Positions 37,520-46,543 of a stretch of 64,000 nt of DNA are shown here, in pieces (the first letter of the stretch is position 1; every line of letters starts with the position of its first letter). This DNA comes from a virus (taxonomy: Duplodnaviria; Caudoviricetes), in IMG/VR virus record IMGVR_UViG_3300031998_000070, positions 3,713-67,712 of that record. The stretch is one strand, 5' to 3'. Both the position numbers and the translations under genes were made by a program. Below the pieces are notes generated by a model, which searched no databases, was not told the origin of the DNA, and saw only the letters and a list, made by a program, of their open reading frames with translations.

Positions 37520-39178
37520 ATGATTACAGCACGTATTGAGAAAGCACAGAAAGTGAATGGCGAATGGGCAGCTTATTTATCGTTTGCTTATGATAGCAAG
37601 ATACTTGACATAGTTCGTTCATTTCCTAGTAAGTGGTGGCATGCGACTGATAAAGAATGGGAGATACCTCTAGAGAAGCTAGGCAAGTTAGTACAGCAAC
37701 TTCCTGATGAGGAGTTCGATATCTCAGGTGCTTATGTATCACTCACAAGAGCCGAAGCAAAAGTTCCAGATGGATTCGAATTCAAGACCAAACCTTTTCA
37801 ACATCAGGTAGAAGCATTTGAATATGGATTGCGTTATGACAGGTGGTTGCTAGGTGACGAGATGGGACTTGGTAAGACCAAGCAGGCAATAGATATTGCG
37901 GTGGCAAAAAAACTTCAGAGAGGTTATAAGCATTGCCTTATCATATGTGGTGTTAATGGATTGAAGTGGAATTGGATGAATGAGATTGGAATACATTCAA
38001 ATGAAACTGGCTACATCTTGGGACAGCGTAGAAATAAGATTGGAAGTAATGCGGATAAGCTCGAGGATGCTAGAACACTTGATAGAAATGACAACTATTT
38101 CATAATAACGAATGTAGAATCCCTTAGAAATGAAGATATCGTTTCTACAATTTCTGCGAAGTGCCAAGATGGAACTATTGGAATGATAGTTACAGATGAG
38201 GTACACAAGATGAAAAATCCTTCAAGCCAGCAGGGCAAAGGTTTCTTAAAGCTTCAAGCACAGACAATGATAGCAATGACAGGAACACCTTTAATGAATA
38301 ATCCTATGGATTTATACATAATATTGAAATGGCTTGGATATGAGAAGCACGCATTCTACTCATTTAAGCAGCATTACTGTGTTATGGGTGGATATGGAGG
38401 ATATGAAGTTATAGCATATAAGAATCTTGACGAGCTTCAGGAACAGCTAGATGAAATTATGCTTAGACGATTGCAGAAGGACGTATTAGATTTGCCGGAG
38501 AAACTGTATATTACAGAATATGTAGATATGACACCTAAGCAGGAGCAGTTATATAAAGAGATAGCATCTGACATAAGTTCTAACTTAGACCAGATAGCGA
38601 TGAGCAGTAATCCATTAGCACAGTTGATAAGACTTAGACAGGCAACCGGATACACAGGAATCCTTTCAAGTAAAATTCAGGAGAGTGCTAAACTTGATAG
38701 GATGGAAGAACTTGTTGAAGAAGCGGTAGAGAGCAAGAAACAAATAATTATATTCTCAAATTGGACACAGATGACAGACATTATTAAGAAGAGACTTAGA
38801 AGGTATAGCATTGGAGTTATAACAGGGGATACAAAAGACCACGAGAGACAGTTACTGGTTGATAAGTTTCAGAACCACGAGATACAGATAATGATTGGAA
38901 CCATTGGAGCAATGGGCACCGGACTTACAATGACCGCAGCAACTATAGAGATATTTATGGATGAGCCTTGGAACATGGCACTCAGAACTCAGGCAGAAGA
39001 TAGAGCGTATAGAATTGGACAAAAGCATAACTTACAGGTGCATTTCTTACTTTGCAAGAACACGATTGATGAAAGAATACATGACATCGTGTATAAGAAA
39101 GGACTTATGGCGGAAGCAATAGTAGATGGTAAAGAGAAAATATCTAAGAGACAGCTACTTGAAATGCTTTTGCAGTAA
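37520..39178 (+). CDS. SNF2-family helicase with an N-terminal HARP-like domain
   Basis: LLGDEMGLGKT, IVTDEVHKMK, MTGTP, QAEDRAYRIGQ; N-terminal SFAYD...WWHATDKEWEIP. Confidence 0.9.
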   Translation: MITARIEKAQKVNGEWAAYLSFAYDSKILDIVRSFPSKWWHATDKEWEIPLEKLGKLVQQLPDEEFDISGAYVSLTRAEAKVPDGFEFKTKPFQHQVEAFEYGLRYDRWLLGDEMGLGKTKQAIDIAVAKKLQRGYKHCLIICGVNGLKWNWMNEIGIHSNETGYILGQRRNKIGSNADKLEDARTLDRNDNYFIITNVESLRNEDIVSTISAKCQDGTIGMIVTDEVHKMKNPSSQQGKGFLKLQAQTMIAMTGTPLMNNPMDLYIILKWLGYEKHAFYSFKQHYCVMGGYGGYEVIAYKNLDELQEQLDEIMLRRLQKDVLDLPEKLYITEYVDMTPKQEQLYKEIASDISSNLDQIAMSSNPLAQLIRLRQATGYTGILSSKIQESAKLDRMEELVEEAVESKKQIIIFSNWTQMTDIIKKRLRRYSIGVITGDTKDHERQLLVDKFQNHEIQIMIGTIGAMGTGLTMTAATIEIFMDEPWNMALRTQAEDRAYRIGQKHNLQVHFLLCKNTIDERIHDIVYKKGLMAEAIVDGKEKISKRQLLEMLLQ

Positions 39179-39220
39179 AACATATAGTATAATATTTAAT
39201 GGAAGGAGGTGCATTTATTT

Positions 39221-39493
39221 ATGGAGGATAAATTAAGAATTGAAGAAGTTGCATTATTCGTTGGGGTATCAGTAGAAACTATCAATATTTGGTATAGATT
39301 CAAAAAACACAACCCAGAAGACCCATATGCTAAGATGCTACCAGATTATATGCAGGACAACCCTAGGAGTTGTAGATATTGGGATTCAAAAGCAGTACAA
39401 AAATTGATAGAATTCAAGAATACACGTCCTATTGGTAGAAACGGAGCAATGGGGACAGTAACTCAGAAATATGTGAAAAAGAAGGAGGCATGA
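39221..39493 (+). CDS. MerR/excisionase-like HTH DNA-binding protein
   Basis: LRIEEVALFVGVSVETINIWY. Confidence 0.65.
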   Translation: MEDKLRIEEVALFVGVSVETINIWYRFKKHNPEDPYAKMLPDYMQDNPRSCRYWDSKAVQKLIEFKNTRPIGRNGAMGTVTQKYVKKKEA

Positions 39494-39499
39494 AAGAAC

Positions 39500-39889
39500 A
39501 TGGCAAAAAAGACCGTGAAATTTACAGATTTAGTATCACAGTATGTAGAGGTGAAACTTATCTATGATGAGGCTAAAAAGAAAGAAGCAGAGCTTAACAA
39601 GCAGATTAAAGCAATTATGTCAGAAAAAGGATTAAATGAAGTTCAGTGGAATGATACCACAATTCAATATTCAGAACGTACATCAGATGTATATGATGAA
39701 GAAGCAATGCTTGAATATATGCACAAGCACAAAGAATTTGCTCCATGTATCAAAGTTAAAGAATATTTTGATGTGGATGTTCTTGAAGATTTGATGTATA
39801 AAGGAGAAATACCTAAGAAGTTGCAAATAGGATTAGATAAATTCCGAACAACTAAGGTCACAGAAGTATTAAAAGTGAAGAAGGTATAA
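39500..39889 (+). CDS. hypothetical protein (possibly Gam-like)
   Basis: Coiled-coil N-terminus, then YSERTSDVYDEEAM...KEYFDVDVLE. Confidence 0.45.
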   Translation: MAKKTVKFTDLVSQYVEVKLIYDEAKKKEAELNKQIKAIMSEKGLNEVQWNDTTIQYSERTSDVYDEEAMLEYMHKHKEFAPCIKVKEYFDVDVLEDLMYKGEIPKKLQIGLDKFRTTKVTEVLKVKKV

Positions 39890-39891
39890 GG

Positions 39892-40101
39892 ATGACGAAA
39901 GAACAGTTGAAAGAAGTTAATAGAGTATATGCTACCATCGAAGAACTTAAAGATTTAAAGCAAGCATTTGAGAATGAGAACCCATTAAGTATGAACTTTG
40001 AAGATGCTGGAAAAGAATTATATGAAGAATGGAAGAAACTGAATATAAAATTCATAAGCGAGAAACTAGAAGAGCTCGAACTAACATTTGAATCATTATA
40101 A
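39892..40101 (+). CDS. hypothetical protein
   Basis: 69-aa ORF. Confidence 0.6.
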   Translation: MTKEQLKEVNRVYATIEELKDLKQAFENENPLSMNFEDAGKELYEEWKKLNIKFISEKLEELELTFESL

Positions 40102-40112
40102 GGAGAAAGAAC

Positions 40113-40364
40113 ATGGCAAGAAGGAAAGATAACTACACACCTAAAGCACCAACAACTTCAATATCAGCAAGAGTTAAACTAACATTGAAGGTAGGTGAGC
40201 ATTATGTAAGCGTAGAAGGAACTGAAGAAAGATCCGTACCTAATACGGATACCGTAAATGTTGGAAAGGAATGGGAACATTTATGGGATGATATATATAC
40301 AACGTGCGATGAAGAGATAGCACTCATTGTGGATGATATGAAGGGCAATAGAAAACGAAAATAA
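40113..40364 (+). CDS. hypothetical protein
   Basis: 83-aa ORF with an AAGGAG RBS. Confidence 0.65.
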   Translation: MARRKDNYTPKAPTTSISARVKLTLKVGEHYVSVEGTEERSVPNTDTVNVGKEWEHLWDDIYTTCDEEIALIVDDMKGNRKRK

Positions 40365-40368
40365 TGTA

Positions 40369-40397
40369 TTGACTTAAAATATACCATTTCGTATTAT
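40369..40397 (+). promoter_or_regulatory. sigma-A-type promoter for the replication genes
   Basis: TTGACT-17 nt-TATTAT. Confidence 0.65.
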
Positions 40398-40402
40398 GTT
40401 TA

Positions 40403-40572
40403 TAGGACATAAAAGTCCTGTCTTAGATTCCTTCTTATGTGGTGTGAGAAAGAATTTAGAGATGCGGTTGGAACTTGCAGGGGAGTGCCTTCCGTGTAAG
40501 AAGACAACCGCATACGATTATAAAAAATGTTATGAGAAGTAAACCCCCTGTATTACTTCCATAACATTTTTT
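40403..40572 (+). promoter_or_regulatory. structured leader (four hairpins, the last terminator-like) upstream of the initiator gene
   Basis: Stems AGGAC/GTCCT, TAGATTC..GAATTTA, ATGCGGTTG/CAACCGCAT and AAAAAATGTTATG/CATAACATTTTTT. Confidence 0.55.
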
Positions 40573-40638
40573 ATTTCACAAACATTAAAAATATTGTTGA
40601 AAAGAGTTATTTAGAATTTGTAATGGAGGGAGCTAATA

Positions 40639-41703
40639 GTGAGATATTCGATATTAGATTTTAACCAAGAAATATTATTGAAGTTTAATTCTAAGCATCC
40701 AGACAGTGCCTTAGATATAACAGACTTATTTATACTTGATTATATATCACAGGCACAAGCAAGACCCGAGTTTGAACACATATCATTTAAAAATGACCCA
40801 TTAAAAACATCATTTGCACATATTGAAAGAACTGTGCTACTTGAAGACTTGCCAATTTTACGTATTAAAGAATCAATGCTCACTAAACGATTTTCTAAAT
40901 TACTTAATCTCAAATTAATTGAACTTGAAAAAGTTGCTAATGATTCTAATAGAGGTTCTAAATCATTTTATAGAATTACGGAAAGAGCAAGCGCTTTAAA
41001 ATCAGATAAGTTTTTATTGCAAGAATTAGAAGATGATGAAGAGTATATGACCAGACGTAAAAAATTACTTTTGGTCACACGACCAGACGTAAAAAATTAC
41101 GTCTCAGTATATGAGCCTATTAATACTATTATTGATGATAATATAAATAAACAGGACACTAATAGTAATAATAGTAATAATAAAAAAATAAAAGTAAAAA
41201 TTAATAACCAATGTCGAAAAACACAGCTAATTTCTAATAATCAAATTCTTAAAACACAAGCAATTCAGTTAGCAGAAATTTATAACGATATATGCACTAA
41301 ATTACCAAAGGTTAGAGTTTTAAACGATAATAAAATGGACTTAATAGCATGCCTAGTTAAAGATTATAAGCATAACAATCTTACATTCGATGATTTAGTA
41401 GATGATTTTACAGAAGCATGTACAATAGCCAACAATACACCATTTTTAACTGGTGAAACTGGTGGAACATGGAAAGCAGGTTTTAATTTTTTTATTAGCA
41501 AGAGTAAAAACGAAAAAAAGAAAGATACGAATAATATTGATTTAATACTAGAAGGAAGTTATGGCAACGACAAAAAGAAGAGTGTAATAGATTCACCGTG
41601 TAACAAAGGAGTAAGAACAGTAAGTGCCACAAAAGAACAAAAAGAAGCTACAGAACGTATGTGGAAAGAAATGGAAGAAAGAGGTGAGCAGATTGAATAT
41701 TAA
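40639..41703 (+). CDS. replication initiator / replisome organiser (lambda O-like)
   Basis: Winged-helix-like N-terminus, internal direct repeats and an AT-rich tract, C-terminal WKAGFNFFI...ILEGSY; upstream of the DnaC-like gene. Confidence 0.7.
   Translation: MRYSILDFNQEILLKFNSKHPDSALDITDLFILDYISQAQARPEFEHISFKNDPLKTSFAHIERTVLLEDLPILRIKESMLTKRFSKLLNLKLIELEKVANDSNRGSKSFYRITERASALKSDKFLLQELEDDEEYMTRRKKLLLVTRPDVKNYVSVYEPINTIIDDNINKQDTNSNNSNNKKIKVKINNQCRKTQLISNNQILKTQAIQLAEIYNDICTKLPKVRVLNDNKMDLIACLVKDYKHNNLTFDDLVDDFTEACTIANNTPFLTGETGGTWKAGFNFFISKSKNEKKKDTNNIDLILEGSYGNDKKKSVIDSPCNKGVRTVSATKEQKEATERMWKEMEERGEQIEY
41049..41100 (+). repeat. iteron-like direct repeat (candidate replication origin)
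   Basis: GACCAGACGTAAAAAATTAC at 41049-41068 and 41081-41100, followed by a very AT-rich stretch. Confidence 0.65.
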
Positions 41704-42364
41704 CGACAAATGTTGGTACAAAGATATTTGTACAAGACCTGAGAAAGACAATAACTGTTCAAGCTGTATTAAGTTCTTAGAGATGAATTACTTAATGCAG
41801 AACAGTGGACTACCAAAAGCCAAGCAAAAACCAATAAAATTAAAACCCACAACAGCACATGATAGAAAAATGTTTGAGGAGTTGGCAGATTTAAAAGATA
41901 ACATTTACGAGTTTGTTAAGCAGGGCAAGAACTTGTATATAACTAGCAATATAACTGGAAATGGAAAGACAAGCTGGGCAATTAAACTTATGCACAAATA
42001 TTTCGAGAGAATATGGGATGGAAATGGATTAAGAACAAGAGCGTTGTTTGTACACGTTCCAGCACTATTAGCAGACTTAAAAGATTTCAATAACCCATTA
42101 ACACACGAATACAAGCAATTGCTAAAAACGTGCGACCTGGTGGTGTGGGACGATATAGCATGTGACACATTATCTAATTACGATTTATCGCAGCTAACGA
42201 TTTTAATTGACAGCAGAATGTTAGCGGAAAAGAGTAATATTTACACAGGTAACATAACAGACGAAGAAGGAATCACAAATGTGTTAGGACCTAGATTGGC
42301 AAGCAGAATCTACAAAGCGTCGATAATAGTAGAGCTTGAAGGAACCGATGGAAGGGAGACATAA
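41624..42364 (+). CDS. DnaC/IstB-like helicase loader (true start probably near 41684)
   Basis: LYITSNITGNGKTSWA, DLVVWDDI and IYTGN; N-terminal Cys cluster. Confidence 0.85.
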   Translation: MPQKNKKKLQNVCGKKWKKEVSRLNINDKCWYKDICTRPEKDNNCSSCIKFLEMNYLMQNSGLPKAKQKPIKLKPTTAHDRKMFEELADLKDNIYEFVKQGKNLYITSNITGNGKTSWAIKLMHKYFERIWDGNGLRTRALFVHVPALLADLKDFNNPLTHEYKQLLKTCDLVVWDDIACDTLSNYDLSQLTILIDSRMLAEKSNIYTGNITDEEGITNVLGPRLASRIYKASIIVELEGTDGRET

Positions 42365-43678
42365 ATGATAGAGGTTGCAGCATTACAAATATTAAGCAAG
42401 GTATTGCTAACTAAGAATATATCTATAATCGAAGATAACTTTTTAACAGAAGAATATTTTCCAGAATACTTAGACGAATACAACTACATAATGGAGCATT
42501 ATAGAAAATATGGAAACGTACCAGACAAAGCAACATTCCTTTCTAACTTCCCAGATGTGGAACTTGTGGAAGTTACTGAGAGTGACGAATATTTGGTAGA
42601 TACCATATGCGAGGAATGGACATTTAATAAATCAGTTCCTGTACTTAAGAATGCGGCGAAGATGATGAAGACAGATGCAAATGAAGCTGTAAGGTATATG
42701 CTTCAAGCAGTTAAAGATCTTCAGCCTAAGCAAAGTATTTCAGCGGTGGACATTGTATCTCAGGCAATGCAAAGATATAACGACTATATAGAGAGACGAG
42801 ACCATAAAGACGAATGGACATTTACTACCGGATTCCCAGAGTTAGATGATTTAATACATGGCATAGAAAGAGTAGAAGAGTTGATAGTGGTGTTCGCACG
42901 TATTAACAACGGTAAATCATTTGTAGCAGAGAAAATATGTACTCATGTGTGGCAATTAGGATTCAATATCGGATACATAAGCCCAGAGATGAGTCCTAAT
43001 AGTATTGGATACAGATTTGATACGCTGTACAAAGGATTTTCAAATAAGGGTCTTATGTGGGCAAACAATACAGTAGATGCAGAGCAGTATAGAGAATATA
43101 TTGAAGAACTTAGTTCCCGCAAGAATAAATTCAAAGTGGCTACACCATTAGATTTTGATAAGAAAATAACAGTAGGCAAATTAAAACAGTGGGTAGAACA
43201 AAATAACTTGCATATGCTGGCAATAGATGGTATAACATATCTAACAGATGAGAGAGGCAAAAGAGGTGATACTAAGACAGCAACCCTAACGAACATATCT
43301 GAAGATTTGATGAGCTTATCCATAGAGCTAAAAATACCGATTCTTGTAGTTGTTCAGGCAAACAGGAGCGGAGTAGTACAAGATACACAAGAGGAAGACG
43401 GAGGAACACCGGATCTTGAGAATATTAAGGACAGTGACGGAATAGCAGCAAATGCCAGCAAAGTATTGTCTTTAAGGCACACAAAGGAAGGTGTATTAAA
43501 GATTGGAATTAAGAAGCAGAGGTTTGGTCCTGTGGGAGGACATATCAATTATCAATGGAACCCAGATATAGGAGAGTTTAAATTCATAAGAACAGATGAT
43601 GACATCGTACAGGAAGAACCCACAGAGAAACGTCAGAGAAAAAGACCTAAGATGGAGACCGACGAAGATATGTTTTGA
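42365..43678 (+). CDS. dnaB: DnaB-like replicative helicase
   Basis: TTGFPELD, ARINNGKS, YISPEM, IDGI and VVVQANR. Confidence 0.85.
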   Translation: MIEVAALQILSKVLLTKNISIIEDNFLTEEYFPEYLDEYNYIMEHYRKYGNVPDKATFLSNFPDVELVEVTESDEYLVDTICEEWTFNKSVPVLKNAAKMMKTDANEAVRYMLQAVKDLQPKQSISAVDIVSQAMQRYNDYIERRDHKDEWTFTTGFPELDDLIHGIERVEELIVVFARINNGKSFVAEKICTHVWQLGFNIGYISPEMSPNSIGYRFDTLYKGFSNKGLMWANNTVDAEQYREYIEELSSRKNKFKVATPLDFDKKITVGKLKQWVEQNNLHMLAIDGITYLTDERGKRGDTKTATLTNISEDLMSLSIELKIPILVVVQANRSGVVQDTQEEDGGTPDLENIKDSDGIAANASKVLSLRHTKEGVLKIGIKKQRFGPVGGHINYQWNPDIGEFKFIRTDDDIVQEEPTEKRQRKRPKMETDEDMF

Positions 43679-43769
43679 TAACCTAGCTACCATTAGATAT
43701 GAGAGAGTTTTATTTGTTTGAAGTAAAAATGTATGTTAGCAGATTTAGAGACATAGGTAAGAGGGAAAT

Positions 43770-44741
43770 ATGGAGATAGATGAATTTTTATTTAATGCAG
43801 AACTTGAAGATATAATAGAAGAACTTAGGCGCCAGCTTCATAATAATGGAATCAATTTATTGCAGAAGCCACCTAAGAAGAGTGGACTAGGTAGCAAAGA
43901 GAGTTTGCAGATACAGTGTCCATATCATGGGGATGGGCAAGAGCGGAAACCTTCAGCAGGTATTAGGAAGTCAGATGGATTGTTTCATTGTTTTGCGTGT
44001 GGGCAAGTTCATACATTGCCGGAAGTAATTTCATTTTGCTTTGGACACGAAGAGGATATAATAGGCAGCTGGGGTTGGAAATGGTTGGTAAGAAATTTTG
44101 CAACAGTTAGATTGGGGGAACGTAAAGATGTCGATTTGGATTTGGATAGGACTTATAATCGTAGAGATACTCGTAATTTTGTTTCTGCCGAGGAATTAGA
44201 CAGCTACAGATATTATCATCCGTATTGGAAGAAAAGAGGTATAACAAATGAAGATATCATTGAATTATTCGATCTGGGATATGATAAAAAGACCCATTGT
44301 ATTACATTCCCAATCAGAGATAAAGATGGCAATTGCCTGTTCGTCGCTCGCAGGTCTGTACGCACGAAATACTTCAATTACCCAGCAGGAGCAGAGAAGC
44401 CACTTTATGGATTGTATGAGATATATCAACTGGAACAATTTCCCAAGGAAATAATAATATGCGAATCTATGATAGATGCACTTACTTGCTGGCAATTTGG
44501 TAGAGTAGCAGTGGCATTAAATGGGTTGGGTAATGCCCTACAATTTGAACAGCTACGAAAGCTACCAGTAAGAAAGTACATATTAGCAACAGATAATGAC
44601 GAAGCAGGGCTCAGGGCACGGGATACGTTAAAAAAGAACTTACCTAACAAAATAATTACAGAATTCGTATTTCCAGAGGGCAAAAAGGACATAAATGACT
44701 TGAATTTACTGGAGTTTAGAGATTTAGCCGAAATATTCTAA
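43770..44741 (+). CDS. dnaG: DNA primase (CHC2 zinc finger plus TOPRIM)
   Basis: CPYHGDGQERKPS...FHCFACG, ICESMIDA and ATDNDEAG. Confidence 0.9.
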   Translation: MEIDEFLFNAELEDIIEELRRQLHNNGINLLQKPPKKSGLGSKESLQIQCPYHGDGQERKPSAGIRKSDGLFHCFACGQVHTLPEVISFCFGHEEDIIGSWGWKWLVRNFATVRLGERKDVDLDLDRTYNRRDTRNFVSAEELDSYRYYHPYWKKRGITNEDIIELFDLGYDKKTHCITFPIRDKDGNCLFVARRSVRTKYFNYPAGAEKPLYGLYEIYQLEQFPKEIIICESMIDALTCWQFGRVAVALNGLGNALQFEQLRKLPVRKYILATDNDEAGLRARDTLKKNLPNKIITEFVFPEGKKDINDLNLLEFRDLAEIF

Positions 44742-44746
44742 AAAGG

Positions 44747-44779
44747 TTGTGCTTTTTTGATACATTTAGTATAATGTTA
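44747..44779 (+). promoter_or_regulatory. sigma-A-type promoter, copy 2
   Basis: TTGTGC-17 nt-TATAAT; ACATT-tagtat-AATGT. Confidence 0.75.
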
Positions 44780-44849
44780 ATGTACTTAATTGGCATTGCC
44801 GAAAGTACACTCATACCACACGAATTTCATATTAAGGAGGAAATTTTAA

Positions 44850-45620
44850 ATGAGAAGAATCCAGAACAAACAGAATGGACGCATTGCGCAAATCACCGAT
44901 ACCTACGAGAAGGGCGGACAGATTATCAATTACGAGCTTACTTATGAGGATGACGGAACAGTTACCAATCTTTCAACTAGCACTGTAAAGAGATGGTGGA
45001 AGGATATTGAAGAAGTTGATACTTCTAAGCAGGAAGCCGACAAGTACGTAGAAGCATCTAAGAAGATTACCAAGGAACTTAATAAGAACAACTCAAAGTC
45101 GTTGCAGGAAATGGTAGACGCACAGGCAGAACCCACAACGTCTTTCAAAGACATGGTGGAAGAAATGGTTGCAGAAGCAAAGCAGGAGATGGAGAAAGCT
45201 CCTAAGCAGAAGAAGGAAAAGAAGGAGAAGAAAGCTCCTAAGACAAAAGCACCTAAGAGACCCACATTTGATTCAACAGACCTACAGAATTATGCAATAC
45301 AGGTTGTAGCAGATCTTGGTGGAGACTATGTACAGAGAAGGCAGAACAACGGTGCTAAGGATATGGCGCAAAAGGTTTTTAGGGCAGGCGGAAAAATGTT
45401 CATGCACATGAGTTACCCTAAGCACGAATTGCGTTTAGACACACGAGGGGTTGATGTAGAAACGTTGGTTCCACAGCAGACACTGACAGGTTTCTATTCA
45501 GCAAGATATACATTTAATGAGGACACTCAGCAAGTTCGCAGCACAATTAAGAAGATACTAACTCAGGCATATAATGCACAGTTAGCAAAGAATAATAAGA
45601 AAGGAAAAGGTGACAAATAA
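44850..45620 (+). CDS. hypothetical protein with a K/E-rich linker
   Basis: 256 aa, AAGGAGG RBS. Confidence 0.7.
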   Translation: MRRIQNKQNGRIAQITDTYEKGGQIINYELTYEDDGTVTNLSTSTVKRWWKDIEEVDTSKQEADKYVEASKKITKELNKNNSKSLQEMVDAQAEPTTSFKDMVEEMVAEAKQEMEKAPKQKKEKKEKKAPKTKAPKRPTFDSTDLQNYAIQVVADLGGDYVQRRQNNGAKDMAQKVFRAGGKMFMHMSYPKHELRLDTRGVDVETLVPQQTLTGFYSARYTFNEDTQQVRSTIKKILTQAYNAQLAKNNKKGKGDK

Positions 45621-46417
45621 TGGGTAGAGTAAATCTAAACGACTTGGACAAGTACAATAGTGGTGGAGGAAATAAAATCAGTTATTTCCGACTTCAGGAT
45701 GATGGAGATGTTGAGAGAGTTAGGATTCTAATAGCTGATGAAGATGACTTGAACAATTACATTTATAACACTCATAAGGTTAAGGTAGGAGAAAATGCTA
45801 AATATCCTAATAGACATATTAATTGCCTAAGAGCTTACAATGACCCGATAACAGATTGTCCATTGTGCGAAAGTAAAGCAAGTGTAAGCGTAAGAGTATT
45901 TATTCCTGTGTACAATATAAATGCTGAAGAGATACAGTTTTTTGAAAGACCTAAGGCATATATTGGTAAGCTTCAGAAGTTACTTAGAAGATATGATAAC
46001 TTCCCTTCACACATTTTTGAAATTGAAAGAAATGGTGCGAAGGGAGACCAGCAGACAACTTATGATATTATTGAAGTAGATGAGGATGATACAACACTTG
46101 AAGATTTGCCAGAAGTACCGGATATCCTTGGATCTGTTGTATACGATGCTACCATAGATGATATGGAATATTATTTGGATACTGGAGAACTTCCTCCAAG
46201 CGGTGGCAATAATGATGACGATGACGAGGAGGAACCTGTAAGAAGACGCACAAGCAAAAAGTCCAAGAGACAGGAAGATGACGAACCTCCGTTTGATGAG
46301 GATGAAGAAGAAAGACCTCGTGCACGTAGACGCAATAAGGAGACACGTAGAGGTGGAAGATCTGTACACGCAGAAGAGAAACGAAGCAGACGTAGAAGTG
46401 ATGAAGATGAGTTTTAA
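45620..46417 (+). CDS. single-stranded DNA-binding protein (gp32-like)
   Basis: YFRLQDDG, CPLC, FEIERNGAKGDQQTTY; long charged tail ending DEDEF. Confidence 0.75.
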   Translation: MGRVNLNDLDKYNSGGGNKISYFRLQDDGDVERVRILIADEDDLNNYIYNTHKVKVGENAKYPNRHINCLRAYNDPITDCPLCESKASVSVRVFIPVYNINAEEIQFFERPKAYIGKLQKLLRRYDNFPSHIFEIERNGAKGDQQTTYDIIEVDEDDTTLEDLPEVPDILGSVVYDATIDDMEYYLDTGELPPSGGNNDDDDEEEPVRRRTSKKSKRQEDDEPPFDEDEEERPRARRRNKETRRGGRSVHAEEKRSRRRSDEDEF

Positions 46418-46430
46418 GTAGGTAGGTTCG

Positions 46431-46531
46431 TACTGTGGTGGCGGAATAGGTAGACGTTCACGATGAATTGTTAGGTACAAATAGATGTGAGTTCATCATG
46501 TAAGGTGCAAATCCTTACCCACAGTATACCA
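46431..46531 (+). ncRNA. tRNA-like structure with a non-canonical anticodon arm
   Basis: Acceptor ACTGTGG/CCACAGT, D-arm GCG-GAATAGGTAGA-CGT, T-arm GTAAGG-TGCAAAT-CCTTAC, 3' TACCA; central 8-bp stem with a 20-nt loop. Confidence 0.6.
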
Positions 46532-46543
46532 GGAGGACATATA

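Noticed and set aside
46431-46531. Canonical tRNA-Leu/Ser gene
   Set aside because: There is no 5-bp stem with a 7-nt anticodon loop and the T-stem is 6 bp. It is reported as tRNA-like instead.
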